A DNA stretch of 61,744 nt from an uncultured Bacteroidota bacterium (GCA_903879645.1 CAIRMK010000210.1:1-61744); one strand, 5' to 3'. Shown: positions 39,949 to 50,258, numbered from the stretch's first letter. Notes: generated from the letters alone by a model not told the origin. Program-made: numbers and translations.

Positions 39949-41181
39949 ATGGCAAAAGAAAAATTAGAATGTTCCTTCTGCGGAAGAAAAAAACCAGAAA
40001 CCAATTTATTGATTGCTGGAATTGATGCACATATTTGTGATCGTTGTATCGAACAAGCGCACGGGATAATAGTAGAAGAACTAAAAACCAATTCCAATGC
40101 GAAAGTAACTACTGATTTAATTTTACGCAAGCCAAAAGAAATCAGAGCATTCCTTGATGAATATGTAATTGGTCAAGATCAAACCAAAAAAGTAATGTCG
40201 GTTGCTGTGTATAATCACTATAAAAGATTGATGCAACAACAACACCATGAAGATGTAGAAATTGAAAAATCAAACATCATTATGGTTGGACAAACTGGAA
40301 CTGGAAAAACTTTAGTGGCAAAAACGATTGCTCGAATGTTAGACGTTCCATTAGCGATTGTAGATGCTACAGTGCTAACGGAAGCGGGTTATGTAGGTGA
40401 AGATGTAGAAAGTATCTTAACCCGATTGCTTCAAGCAGCCGATTATGATGTTCCAAAAGCTGAACGTGGTATCGTCTTCATTGATGAGATTGATAAAATT
40501 GCTCGTAAAAGCGATAACCCATCCATAACGCGTGATGTTTCTGGAGAAGGTGTGCAGCAAGCCTTATTGAAGTTACTAGAAGGAACGGTTGTAAACGTAC
40601 CACCAAAAGGAGGTAGAAAACATCCAGACCAAAAATTTGTTGAAGTAAACACTCAAAATATTTTATTCATTGCGGGTGGTGCTTTTGACGGAATTGAAAG
40701 AATCATTTCCAAACGATTAAACAGAACAGCAGTTGGATATGCTACGTCTAGAAATGTTGACAATATTGATAAAGACAACTTGTTGCAATACATTATTCCA
40801 AAAGACATTAAAGATTTTGGATTGATTCCTGAAATTATTGGTCGTTTGCCAGTATTGACCCACATGGATCCATTGGATAGAGAAACATTGCGTTCTATTT
40901 TAACCGAGCCTAAAAATGCATTAATCAAACAATACGAGAAGTTGTTTGCTATGGATGATGTAGTGTTTACTGTCACTAATGAAGCTTTAGATTATATCGT
41001 TGACAAAGCTTTAGAATATAAATTAGGAGCTCGTGGATTACGTTCTTTGTGTGAAGCGATATTAACTGATGCGATGTATGAATTGCCAAGTACCGAAGAG
41101 AAAGTACTGGAAATCGACAAAGAGTATGCCGAACATACTTTAAATAAAAATTTACTCAAGCGATTAGAAATTGCTTCTTAA
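39949..41181 (+). CDS. clpX: ATP-dependent Clp protease ATP-binding subunit
   Basis: CSFCG zinc finger, [33 protein letters not shown]. Confidence 0.98.
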   Translation: MAKEKLECSFCGRKKPETNLLIAGIDAHICDRCIEQAHGIIVEELKTNSNAKVTTDLILRKPKEIRAFLDEYVIGQDQTKKVMSVAVYNHYKRLMQQQHHEDVEIEKSNIIMVGQTGTGKTLVAKTIARMLDVPLAIVDATVLTEAGYVGEDVESILTRLLQAADYDVPKAERGIVFIDEIDKIARKSDNPSITRDVSGEGVQQALLKLLEGTVVNVPPKGGRKHPDQKFVEVNTQNILFIAGGAFDGIERIISKRLNRTAVGYATSRNVDNIDKDNLLQYIIPKDIKDFGLIPEIIGRLPVLTHMDPLDRETLRSILTEPKNALIKQYEKLFAMDDVVFTVTNEALDYIVDKALEYKLGARGLRSLCEAILTDAMYELPSTEEKVLEIDKEYAEHTLNKNLLKRLEIAS

Positions 41182-41190
41182 ATAAAAAGT

Positions 41191-41229
41191 AAAATCCCGA
41201 TTTTGATATTTCAAAGTCGGGATTTTTTT
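41191..41229. terminator. Bidirectional terminator between clpX and the convergent small gene
   Basis: AAAATCCCGATTTTGA...TCAAAGTCGGGATTTT. Confidence 0.8.
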
Positions 41230-41266
41230 AGGACTAAAAGTGAAGTCTGTTTTAACTACTACAACT

Positions 41267-41641
41267 TTATGCTTTTGGTTTTTTAACAGGTGGACTATCG
41301 TCTACCACAAAACCATAATCGCCTAAGACTTTTGGGTTTTTAGCATATATATATTTTAATACTTGAGCGCTGTTTTGAACAATAGCTCTAATACCTGGCA
41401 AATCAAGATCACGTTGTCTATAATACTCTTCTGCTTTTTTAGCTGCTTCTTCCGCTTTTTCATGGTGCGTTTTGCAGGGCGCTACTTTAGGGCCTTCTAC
41501 CGTCCAACTAAAATCTTGTTGTGCATTAAGTGGCGAAGCTACTCCATCTGCTACATGTTTTGCATAAATTTTATTAGCTAAATCTAATAAATCGGTGGTT
41601 CCTTTTGGAAGGACAATTCTACCGTTGGTTCTTGTTGCCAT
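41267..41641 (-). CDS. Hypothetical 124-aa alpha-helical protein
   Basis: Clean ORF with an AT-rich AAAAATT-ATG start context; helical pattern (LLDLANKIYAKH...AEEAAKKAEEYYRQRD...LGDYGF); no recognisable motif. Confidence 0.8.
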   Translation of the reverse strand: MATRTNGRIVLPKGTTDLLDLANKIYAKHVADGVASPLNAQQDFSWTVEGPKVAPCKTHHEKAEEAAKKAEEYYRQRDLDLPGIRAIVQNSAQVLKYIYAKNPKVLGDYGFVVDDSPPVKKPKA

Positions 41642-41718
41642 AATTTTTAGAGTTTTTAATTGGTAATGACTTTTATATTGATATTAATAAGTGTATTATA
41701 ATATTTTATCATAATTAA

Positions 41719-41826
41719 CAAATAATATCTCACTTAAAATTCTAAATACCCCATCAGAAATGTTGCTGACCCCCAAGAATTGTTTCTAGACCCTCAGCAA
41801 TGTTGCGCGACCCCCGGTAATATTAT
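41719..41826 (-). repeat. Second, 3-unit copy of the palindrome-array element
   Basis: Minus strand reads GCGCAACATTGCTG-AGGGTC-TAGAAACAATTCTT-GGGGGT-CAGCAACATTTCTG-AT-GGGGTATTTAGAATTTTAAGTGAGATATTATTTG. The last 34 nt match 19735-19768 with 1 mismatch. Confidence 0.9.
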
Positions 41827-41856
41827 TGTATTTATTTATAAAACATCTTTAATAAA

Positions 41857-41885
41857 AAAAGTTACACCTAAAGAGTGTAACTTTT
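41857..41885 (-). terminator. Intrinsic terminator downstream of the methyltransferase gene
   Basis: AAAAGTTACAC-CTAAAGA-GTGTAACTTTT. Confidence 0.75.
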
Positions 41886-41977
41886 ATTGTTGCTTTACTT
41901 TGTGGGCACAAGCGTGATGTTTGCGCTAGTGATGGGGAGTAAAAAAAGTAAAGTTGTTGAAGAAATAATTACTTGAG

Positions 41978-42703
41978 TTATAGTTTATGCATTATAAAAA
42001 TGGTAGGGCGGTTGTGTAAATCAATTTTGGCTTTCTTCCAATCAGCAACACGCATGGTTTTTATATATTCTGTAGGAAGGGTAATATCGGCAGCAATACA
42101 CAAATGGGTGTTGGGATGAAGCGTTTGTAACAAATCTTCAATCAATTTATTATTTCGATAAGGAGTTTCAATAAAAAGCTGTGATTGGTTTTTATCGTTA
42201 GAAAGTTTTTCAAAATTCTTTAAAGCGGCTTTCTTTTCAGATTTATCAATAGGCAAATAGCCATTAAAAGCAAAACTTTGTCCGTTCATTCCTGAACCCA
42301 TCATAGCCAATAGAATAGAAGAGGGGCCTACTAAAGGAATGACTTGAATGCCTTTTTCGTGTGCCAATTTTACAATGGCGGCACCAGGATCGGCAACACC
42401 AGGGCATCCAGCTTCGCTCATGACACCTACATTGATTCCTTCAAGGCAAGGTTGAATCATTTGATTGTGTTCGGCAACTTCGGTATGTTTATTTAGAGTG
42501 CTTAATTGTAAGGAGGCTTGCACTTTTTCGGGTACAATGCTTTTAATAAATTTACGAGCTGTTTTTTCGTTTTCTACAATATAGCAGTCAATAAGTTCAA
42601 CGGCTCTTTTTACTGTTTGAGGCAACACATCATCAGGATTGCTTTCTCCAAGAGTGATAGGGATGAGGTATAGTCTTCCTTTGGTGTTGGTGGTTGAATT
42701 CAT
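41978..42703 (-). CDS. SAM-dependent tetrapyrrole-methylase family protein (RsmI-like)
   Basis: LYLIPITLG, SEAGCPGVADPG, PLVGPSS, FIETPYRN. Confidence 0.9.
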   Translation of the reverse strand: MNSTTNTKGRLYLIPITLGESNPDDVLPQTVKRAVELIDCYIVENEKTARKFIKSIVPEKVQASLQLSTLNKHTEVAEHNQMIQPCLEGINVGVMSEAGCPGVADPGAAIVKLAHEKGIQVIPLVGPSSILLAMMGSGMNGQSFAFNGYLPIDKSEKKAALKNFEKLSNDKNQSQLFIETPYRNNKLIEDLLQTLHPNTHLCIAADITLPTEYIKTMRVADWKKAKIDLHNRPTIFIMHKL

Positions 42704-43170
42704 TACGAATGTTTGGCTATTAGTTTTTGCGCTAATATATCGGTAGATTCATCTAACATTTCATAAACCATATCGAATCCGTTTTGCAATCCATAATATG
42801 GATCGGGAACATCAACATTATCATCAGGAAAAAGTTCTTCTAGAATTAATTTTACTTTGGCTTTATGAGCTTCAGTTTTGGCTAAAAAAATGACATCATC
42901 ATAATTGGAATTGTCCATTACATAAATATAATCGAACTCATCAAAAAAATCAGGAATAAAGTGTTTCCCTTTTTGATTAGAAATATCAATGCCGTGTTTT
43001 AATGCCGTAGCAATGGAACGCTCGTCAGGTTGTCTTCCAACATGCCAGTGGCCTGTACCTGCAGAATCAACTAAGAATTTATCTTTGGGAAGTTTAGATG
43101 CCAAGATACCTTCCGCCAAAGGAGAACGGCAAATATTTCCTAAACATACCATTAAAATTTTAACGGGCAT
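42703..43170 (-). CDS. Low-molecular-weight protein-tyrosine phosphatase
   Basis: VCLGNICRSP, DSAGT, VPDPYY. Confidence 0.96.
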   Translation of the reverse strand: MPVKILMVCLGNICRSPLAEGILASKLPKDKFLVDSAGTGHWHVGRQPDERSIATALKHGIDISNQKGKHFIPDFFDEFDYIYVMDNSNYDDVIFLAKTEAHKAKVKLILEELFPDDNVDVPDPYYGLQNGFDMVYEMLDESTDILAQKLIAKHS

Positions 43171-43227
43171 AATATAATTTAGTTACTTTTTTTACTTATA
43201 AAGCGCAAAAGTAAGAAATACGAATAA

Positions 43228-44655
43228 CTAAAGAGATAATTTTTTGTGAATATCTTCAACAAATTTTTTGAACTGTTTGTCAGTAGAGACTAGGTTGTCA
43301 ACAGTTTTACAAGCATGTAAAACGGTAGCATGATCTCTGTCTCCAATTTGTGAGCCAATGTTTGCTAAAGAAGCTTTTGTGAATTTTTTAGCAAAAAACA
43401 TAGCCAACTGTCTGGCTTGAACCACATGACGTTTTCTTGTTTTTGATTGTAAAGTGTCTATATCCAATTGAAAATAATCAGAAACTACTTTTTGAATGTA
43501 GTCTATTGATATTTCACGTTTCACATTTTTGACAAATTTCTCTACAATGCTTTTGGCTAAATCTATTGTAACTTCCTTTTTGTTGAAAGAAGATTGAGCA
43601 ATCAAAGAAATGATGGCGCCTTCTAGCTCACGAACGTTAGATTTAATATTTTGTGCTACATATTCTACAATTTCGTTTGGCATTTCAACACCATCACGAT
43701 ATAAAATATTTTTTAAGATAGAGACTCTCGTTTCGTAATCTGGTTGGTGTAATTCGGCAGACAATCCCCATTTGAAACGCGATAACAAACGTTGTTCGAT
43801 ATCTTGCATGTCAACAGGTGCTTTATCTGAAGTAAGAATTACTTGTTTTCCATTTTGATGTAAAAAGTTGAATATGTGGAAAAATACATCTTGAGTTCCT
43901 GTTTTTCCCGAAAGGAATTGTACGTCGTCAATAATTAAAACGTCTATCAATTGATAGAAATGAATAAAATCGTTACGATTGTTTTTCTTAACAGAGTCAA
44001 TATATTGCTGCGTGAATACTTCAGCAGAAATATACAATACTGTTTTTTCAGGATATTTATCTTTGATTTCAACCCCAATAGCGTGAGCTAAATGGGTTTT
44101 CCCCAATCCAACACCTCCAAAAATTAATAAAGGATTGAAAGAAGTTCCACCTGGTTTGTTTGCCACGGCCATACCTGCAGAGCGCGCTAAACGATTAGAG
44201 TCTCCTTCAAGAAAATTGTCGAAACTATAATTTGGATTAAGTTGTGATTCAATTTTTAAGTTTCTAATTCCAGGGATTACAAACGGATTTTTAAGCTCTG
44301 GATTTAGATTTTTAAAAGGAGCATCTACTTCTTGTGATTTAATAGGACTACGATGAGCAGATGGCAATTGTTCCGTAAAAGGTTGTTTATTGCCATAAGT
44401 GTTTTCCATTTTAATTTTATAGAGTAACTTTGCGTTTTTTCCGAGTTCTTTGGTTAAGGCAACTTTTAGTAATTTCACATAATGTTCCTCCAACCATTCA
44501 TAGAAAAATTTACTAGGAACTTGAATATAAAGTGCGTTGTCTGAAAGTTCAACTGACTTAATTGGTTCGAACCAAGTTTTGTAGGCTTGTTCTTGAATAT
44601 TATCTTTTATAAAAGACAGACAGTTTTCCCATACCGATTGCGCAGTTTTGTTCAT
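43228..44655 (-). CDS. dnaA: Chromosomal replication initiator DnaA
   Basis: NPLLIFGGVGLGKTHL, LIIDDVQF, RLLSRF, NVRELEGA, RDHATVLHA. Confidence 0.98.
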   Translation of the reverse strand: MNKTAQSVWENCLSFIKDNIQEQAYKTWFEPIKSVELSDNALYIQVPSKFFYEWLEEHYVKLLKVALTKELGKNAKLLYKIKMENTYGNKQPFTEQLPSAHRSPIKSQEVDAPFKNLNPELKNPFVIPGIRNLKIESQLNPNYSFDNFLEGDSNRLARSAGMAVANKPGGTSFNPLLIFGGVGLGKTHLAHAIGVEIKDKYPEKTVLYISAEVFTQQYIDSVKKNNRNDFIHFYQLIDVLIIDDVQFLSGKTGTQDVFFHIFNFLHQNGKQVILTSDKAPVDMQDIEQRLLSRFKWGLSAELHQPDYETRVSILKNILYRDGVEMPNEIVEYVAQNIKSNVRELEGAIISLIAQSSFNKKEVTIDLAKSIVEKFVKNVKREISIDYIQKVVSDYFQLDIDTLQSKTRKRHVVQARQLAMFFAKKFTKASLANIGSQIGDRDHATVLHACKTVDNLVSTDKQFKKFVEDIHKKLSL

Positions 44656-44841
44656 ATTCTTGTTAAATTTCTAATTTATTTTAAAGGTTCTCTTACAAAA
44701 AAAAAGGGAATTTTTTTCGTGATTTTTGGGTTAACAAATATGTGAACAAATTTCCTTAAAAAAAAATAATAAGGGGTTGATTTTTTAAAAATTTTGTTGT
44801 AAAGAGAAAAATAGATATAGATAAAAAGTAAAAAAAGATAG

Positions 44842-45240
44842 ATGAACGGACACGAAGTACAAGTTAGAGTTAGATATGGAGAAACCGACCAAATGGGGGT
44901 AGTTTATCATGGTAGTTATGTACCCTATTTTGAGATAGGAAGAGTAGAATGGCTAAGAGATAAAGGGGTTTCATACAAAAAACTAGAAGAAAGTGGAATT
45001 GCATTACCAATTGTTTCGATGCACTTAAATTTTAAGAAACCAGCGCATTATGATGACCTATTGATTGTCACTACTAAACTTCGAAACTATAGTGGTGTAA
45101 AGATTGAATTTGATTGTGAAATTCGTAATGAAAATGAAGAGTTATTAACAACTGCTCATTTTATATTGGTTTTTGTTGATACAAAAAATGGAAAACCAAT
45201 TGTTCCGCCACAGCATCTTTTGGATATTTTGAATGAATAA
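44842..45240 (+). CDS. Acyl-CoA thioesterase (YbgC/4HBT family)
   Basis: RVRYGETDQMGVVYHGSY..FEIGR. Confidence 0.92.
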   Translation: MNGHEVQVRVRYGETDQMGVVYHGSYVPYFEIGRVEWLRDKGVSYKKLEESGIALPIVSMHLNFKKPAHYDDLLIVTTKLRNYSGVKIEFDCEIRNENEELLTTAHFILVFVDTKNGKPIVPPQHLLDILNE

Positions 45241-45242
45241 GA

Positions 45243-45848
45243 TTATTCTTTTAATTTTATCTCAATTTCAAACATAGTATCAAAAATGTCGAATATAGAT
45301 TCGGCATTTTTTTTTCGAGTTGCAATTTCAATTTCACAACTCATTTCCATTTTTTGAGAAATGATTTCTAGATTTTTTTCTTTAATCACTCGCATTACTT
45401 TATTTATGTTTTTGTAATCAAAAGATATGATATAATGTATGTCTATGGTTTTTTCGATAATTTCGGAAACTTCCAATGCCATTTGCGCAGAGGTTCGATA
45501 GGCTGAAATCAATCCGCCAACACCTAATTTAATTCCTCCAAAGAAGCGAACTACAACAACTAAAACATTAGTAAGACCAAAGGATTGAATTTGCCCATAG
45601 ATTGGTGCTCCAGCGGTATTGCTTGGTTCGCCATCGTCATTGGCTCTAAATTGGATTTTATCAGTTCCAATTTGAAAGGCATAACAATAATGAACGGCTC
45701 CATAATGTTGCTTTCGCAAAATATCTAAATGAGTTTTGATTTCATCTTCTGAAGTTACTGGAAAAGCGTATCCATAAAACTTGCTGTTTTTTTCTTTAAA
45801 TAGAATTTCTTCAGAAGGGGATAAAATGGTTTTGTAAGAGTCGTTCAA
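45243..45848 (-). CDS. YigZ/IMPACT family protein
   Basis: EKNSKF, HYCYA, DDGEPSNTAG, VRFFGGIKLGVGGLISAY. Confidence 0.93.
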   Translation of the reverse strand: MNDSYKTILSPSEEILFKEKNSKFYGYAFPVTSEDEIKTHLDILRKQHYGAVHYCYAFQIGTDKIQFRANDDGEPSNTAGAPIYGQIQSFGLTNVLVVVVRFFGGIKLGVGGLISAYRTSAQMALEVSEIIEKTIDIHYIISFDYKNINKVMRVIKEKNLEIISQKMEMSCEIEIATRKKNAESIFDIFDTMFEIEIKLKE

Positions 45849-45851
45849 AAC

Positions 45852-46460
45852 TTATAAAGGCAAATGTTTTTGATTGAATAAATCTACAACATCTTCTTGA
45901 CCTACTTGTAAATTCCAAACATTAATTCCAATACTAGCTGCGGCATCGGTATTTATTTTTTTATCATCTACAAATAATGTACGTTTTGGAGATAAATCAT
46001 GTTTATTTATTATATAACTATAAATGCTAGCATCAGGTTTTCTCATCCCCATTTCATAAGAATAATATACTTTTTCAAAACATTGGTAAAAATCACTAAA
46101 GAAGGAAACGCCCACTTTATGTTCAAATTTGCTGATGTGTATTTCGTCAGTATTTGTCAATAAAAACAAACGGTATCTACTGGAAAGCATTTGTAAAAAT
46201 TCTAATCTATAAAGAGGGAATTCACCGATTATGGTATTCCAAGCATGTCTTATTTCTTCAACACTGGCATTAGGGATAAACTTATGAAAGCAATTAATAA
46301 ATTCAAGTTCAGATATTTTACCTTTTTCAAATAAGTCATTCATTTCTATAAGTTCTTCATTTGGGGCAGGTAAACCTAGTTTTTTGAAAGCTTCTACTTG
46401 AGCTTCTTTCTCCAAATTGATAAAAATATCACCGAAATCAAAAATTATAGTGTCAATCAT
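45852..46460 (-). CDS. HAD-family phosphatase (YihX-like)
   Basis: IFDFGD, LTNTD, KPD, FVDD. Confidence 0.9.
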   Translation of the reverse strand: MIDTIIFDFGDIFINLEKEAQVEAFKKLGLPAPNEELIEMNDLFEKGKISELEFINCFHKFIPNASVEEIRHAWNTIIGEFPLYRLEFLQMLSSRYRLFLLTNTDEIHISKFEHKVGVSFFSDFYQCFEKVYYSYEMGMRKPDASIYSYIINKHDLSPKRTLFVDDKKINTDAAASIGINVWNLQVGQEDVVDLFNQKHLPL

Positions 46461-47460
46461 GATTGAAAAATATTAAAAGTTCATCTTCAAGAATTTGTTG
46501 TTGTTTTACATTTTTACACTTAATAAGTGGAGCTCTTATTCCTTCAATAAAAGGTTTTTTACCTTTAAAAATTCGTGCTTCGTCCCAAATACTTTCATCT
46601 ATAAATGTTTGCAAAGTTTGTCTTCCACCTTCAATAATCACTGATTGAATGTTGTTATTAAATAGATAATCAGCAATTTGAACACCTATTTTTTTTGAAT
46701 AATCGATTTCAGTTCTTGAAAGAAGAATAGTTTTTGCTTGATTATCAAAGATATGATTTTCTTTTGAAATTTTATTATTTTGGTCCAAAACTATTCTGAT
46801 TGGATTATTTCCTGTCCAATCTCGAGTTGTTAATGAAGGATTATCGTCTATAATTGTGTTTGTTCCGACCAATATTGCTTGTTCTTCGCTACGCCATTTA
46901 TGGACTAATTGACGTGAATAATCATTGGTAATCCATACAGGTTCTTTCTTTACTTTTGTTAATGGTGCAATAAAACCATCTAAACTTTTAGCCCATTTTA
47001 AAATAATGTAAGGTCTTTTTTTATTGTGAAAAGTGAAAAAACGTTTATTGAGTTCGTTGCATTCATCTTCTAGAATTCCAACTATTACATTTTTTCCTGC
47101 TTCAATTAGTTTTTTTATTCCAGTTCCAGCAACTTTTGCAAAGGGATCCATGGTTCCAATAACAACATTTGGGATATTGTTTGCAATTATCAAATCGCAA
47201 CACGGAGGAGTTTTTCCAAAATGGCTGCAAGGTTCTAAACTTACATATATAGTAGCTTTAAAAAGTAATGATTTATCTTTAACTGAATTTATAGCAATTA
47301 CTTCTGCATGCGGTTCTCCAGCTTTTTTATGCCAACCTTCTCCAATAATTTCATCTTTATATACTATAATGCTACCAACCAATGGATTTGGGTGAGTAGT
47401 TCCCAATCCGTTTTTTGCTAATTCGATGCAGCGTCTAATATATTTTTCATGTATCTTCAC
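46453..47460 (-). CDS. ribD: Riboflavin biosynthesis deaminase/reductase
   Basis: PNPLVG, HAE, LEPCSHFGKTPPC, IEGG. Confidence 0.96.
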   Translation of the reverse strand: MKIHEKYIRRCIELAKNGLGTTHPNPLVGSIIVYKDEIIGEGWHKKAGEPHAEVIAINSVKDKSLLFKATIYVSLEPCSHFGKTPPCCDLIIANNIPNVVIGTMDPFAKVAGTGIKKLIEAGKNVIVGILEDECNELNKRFFTFHNKKRPYIILKWAKSLDGFIAPLTKVKKEPVWITNDYSRQLVHKWRSEEQAILVGTNTIIDDNPSLTTRDWTGNNPIRIVLDQNNKISKENHIFDNQAKTILLSRTEIDYSKKIGVQIADYLFNNNIQSVIIEGGRQTLQTFIDESIWDEARIFKGKKPFIEGIRAPLIKCKNVKQQQILEDELLIFFNHD

Positions 47461-47486
47461 ATCACAAAAATAAGATATTCTTTATA

Positions 47487-47975
47487 ATGAATTCTATAAT
47501 AATAAGAGAAATCCAACAAGGAGATAACAAGGAAATTGCCAATGTAATTCGTCAAGTTTTTATATCAGATAAATATCCTAAAACAGGAACTGCTTTTGCT
47601 GATTCTCAATTGGATTCCATGTTTGAAGCTTATGATAAACCCAAAGCAATTTATTTTGTAGTGGAAGATAATGGAAAAATCATAGGTGGAGCAGGAGTGA
47701 GCCAGTTGGATAATTCAGAGGAAAACATTTGCGAATTACAAAAAATGTATTTCTTGCAAGAAGCGAGAGGAAAGGGAATCGGATTTGAAATGATTCAAAA
47801 ATGTTTACAGAAAGCAAAAGATTTTGGTTATGAAAAATGCTATTTAGAAACATTACCCGAAATGTTAAGTGCTCAAAAATTGTATATGAAAGTAGGGTTT
47901 GAGTATCTTTGCGCTCCCCTTGGAGGAACAGGTCATACAAGCTGCCCAGTTTGGATGTTAAAGAGTTTATTATAG
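47487..47975 (+). CDS. GNAT acetyltransferase
   Basis: ELQKMYF..ARGKGIG, YLET, AQKLY..GF. Confidence 0.9.
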   Translation: MNSIIIREIQQGDNKEIANVIRQVFISDKYPKTGTAFADSQLDSMFEAYDKPKAIYFVVEDNGKIIGGAGVSQLDNSEENICELQKMYFLQEARGKGIGFEMIQKCLQKAKDFGYEKCYLETLPEMLSAQKLYMKVGFEYLCAPLGGTGHTSCPVWMLKSLL

Positions 47976-47999
47976 TTTAAATTTGTTTATAATAGTTTA

Positions 48000-48860
48000 A
48001 TGTTATTAAAAGAATATAAATCAACGTTTTTAAAAGAGCTTTCTTCTTTATATGATGAAAAGGAAATTGAGAGTTTCTTTTATATTGTATTGGAGTCTTT
48101 TCATAATATAAAACGTATTGATTTGGCTTTGAATCCTGCTATGGAAATGGACGCTATGCAATTGTCTCGTTGGCGAAATGTTTTGGACGAACTGAAAAAA
48201 GAGAAACCGATACAATATATATTAGGAGAAACTGAATTTTATGGATTGCCATTTCTTGTAAATGAAAATACACTAATTCCAAGACCCGAAACCGAAGAGT
48301 TGGTGGAATTGATAATTTCTAATAATCGAACAATCCAAAAATCTTATATTCTAAAGATTCTTGATATTGGAACTGGTAGCGGTTGCATTGGAATCTCATT
48401 GGCTAAAAATATTGCCAATAGTCAAGTTGCTTTACTTGATGTTTCATTAAGAGCATTGTTAGTTGCTAAGAAAAATGCAGCGATTAATAAAGTTAATGTG
48501 GATATAACCCACATGGATATTATTGAAACAACTGATTTGAACACACAATTTGATATTATAGTTTCCAATCCACCCTACGTTAGAAATCTAGAAAAAGCTG
48601 AAATCAAAACTAATGTTTTAGAATATGAGCCTCATTTGGCTTTGTTTGTTGAGGATCATGATGCATTACTTTTTTATAGAAAAATTGCACAATTAGCCAA
48701 GAAAAATCTATCTGAAAATGGACAATTGTATTTTGAAATCAATCAATATTTAGGAAAAGAAACTGTTGAATTATTAGAAAATTTAGGATTTAAAAATATC
48801 AAATTAAAGAAAGATGTCTACGGAAATGATAGAATGATTTCGTGTAGTTTATATAAATAA
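48000..48860 (+). CDS. prmC: Release-factor glutamine methyltransferase
   Basis: PIQYILG, LIPRPETEEL, LDIGTGSGCI, SNPPY. Confidence 0.96.
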   Translation: MLLKEYKSTFLKELSSLYDEKEIESFFYIVLESFHNIKRIDLALNPAMEMDAMQLSRWRNVLDELKKEKPIQYILGETEFYGLPFLVNENTLIPRPETEELVELIISNNRTIQKSYILKILDIGTGSGCIGISLAKNIANSQVALLDVSLRALLVAKKNAAINKVNVDITHMDIIETTDLNTQFDIIVSNPPYVRNLEKAEIKTNVLEYEPHLALFVEDHDALLFYRKIAQLAKKNLSENGQLYFEINQYLGKETVELLENLGFKNIKLKKDVYGNDRMISCSLYK

Positions 48861-48861
48861 A

Positions 48862-50112
48862 CTATTCATATCGCAAAGCCTCGATAGGATCCAATTTAGA
48901 AGCTTTGATGGCAGGGTATAAGCCAGAAACTAAGGCTACTATAAAGCTTGTAATGACCGCTGCAATGATTGCTCCCCAAGGAATAACAAAGCCAAATTCC
49001 ATTAAGGAGGCCATTAGATACCCTACTAAAATTCCAAAAATAATTCCAACGAAACCACCAATTTGTCCAATTAATAATGTTTCCATGAAAAATTGCCATG
49101 CAATAGTGCCACGTTTGGCTCCCAGTGATTTTCGAACTCCAATTTCACGTGTTCTTTCGGTAACAGAAACTATCATGATGTTCATTAATGCTATAGACGA
49201 ACCAAGGATGGTAATGATTCCAATAATCCAAGCAGACAGACTTAAAACCCCAGTCATTTCAGCAATTCTATTTACTAAATCATCACTTCTTGAAATTCCG
49301 AAATTGCTTTCTTCTACTGGATTTAATCTTCTAATTTGACGCATCGTTACGGTAGCATTATCCACTGCTTGTTCGAGCAATTCTTTTTTATCCACCATAG
49401 TGCTGATAGTATAATTTATTTTAGGTGCTGAAAACAAAGAGCGTGCCACTTGAATCGGAATCAACACTCTTAAATCCTGGTTATTTCCAAAGGTGGAACC
49501 TTTTTCTTTAAGTACTCCAATTACTTTGAATTTAGCTCCTCGAACCGATATGATTTTATCAATTGGATTGACATCTTTTAATAATCCTTTGGTAGCAAAA
49601 TCACTACCAACAACACATGAATACGTATTGTTTGAAATATCAAAACTATTAAAGTTTCTTCCTTGCACTACTTCAAATCCTCCGTTGGCAGTAAAATATT
49701 CATCAACACCAAGAACAGCAACTTCTGGATCGGTTTTTTGATCTTCATATTTAACTTCGGCAGTTGCAGTTGCAGTAAAGGAAAGCGATGTATGAGTAAA
49801 TGGATAATTGTATTTTTCTTTATACTCTTTAGCTTCAGGATAGGAAATAATTGGATTTATTTTTTCAATTTCTCCACCACCTTGGTTTCTAGTTTTAAAT
49901 TCATATTGGTTGATGCTGAAGGTATTGGAACCCATAGAAGCAAATTTAGAATTCAAGTTGCTATCAATGGCAGCAACCACGGTAAGAATTCCAACTAAAG
50001 CGGTGATTCCAATGGCAATGATAACAATAGTAAGTATCGTTCGCAACAATTGTGCGCGAATCGAACTCATGGCAATCTTTATATTTTCTCTGAAAACTGC
50101 ATTCATAATCAT
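48862..50112 (-). CDS. ABC transporter permease (MacB/FtsX family)
   Basis: [53 protein letters not shown]. Confidence 0.92.
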   Translation of the reverse strand: MIMNAVFRENIKIAMSSIRAQLLRTILTIVIIAIGITALVGILTVVAAIDSNLNSKFASMGSNTFSINQYEFKTRNQGGGEIEKINPIISYPEAKEYKEKYNYPFTHTSLSFTATATAEVKYEDQKTDPEVAVLGVDEYFTANGGFEVVQGRNFNSFDISNNTYSCVVGSDFATKGLLKDVNPIDKIISVRGAKFKVIGVLKEKGSTFGNNQDLRVLIPIQVARSLFSAPKINYTISTMVDKKELLEQAVDNATVTMRQIRRLNPVEESNFGISRSDDLVNRIAEMTGVLSLSAWIIGIITILGSSIALMNIMIVSVTERTREIGVRKSLGAKRGTIAWQFFMETLLIGQIGGFVGIIFGILVGYLMASLMEFGFVIPWGAIIAAVITSFIVALVSGLYPAIKASKLDPIEALRYE

Positions 50113-50200
50113 GATTTGACACGAAATTACGGTTTTTGTTACAAGTTTGTGGTATAAGAATTATAAATTATTTTAAAAAGTATGATATTTGCCAAATGAA

Positions 50201-50258
50201 TTTTAAATATTAGATATCAGATATTAAATATTTAAAATCTAAAATTTAAAATCTAATA
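50201..50258. repeat. 7-nt-periodic inverted repeat in the hisS leader
   Basis: TTTTAAA TATTAGA TATCAGA TATTAAA / TTTAAAA TCTAAAA TTTAAAA TCTAATA. Confidence 0.6.

Noticed and set aside
48321-48356. Octamer-like AATC periodicity inside prmC
   Set aside because: Only about four loose units; cannot be separated from chance without alignments.
43228-50112. parS sites near dnaA
   Set aside because: Only partial TTTCACGT matches were seen, with no full TGTTTCACGTGAAACA-like palindrome (manual scan only).
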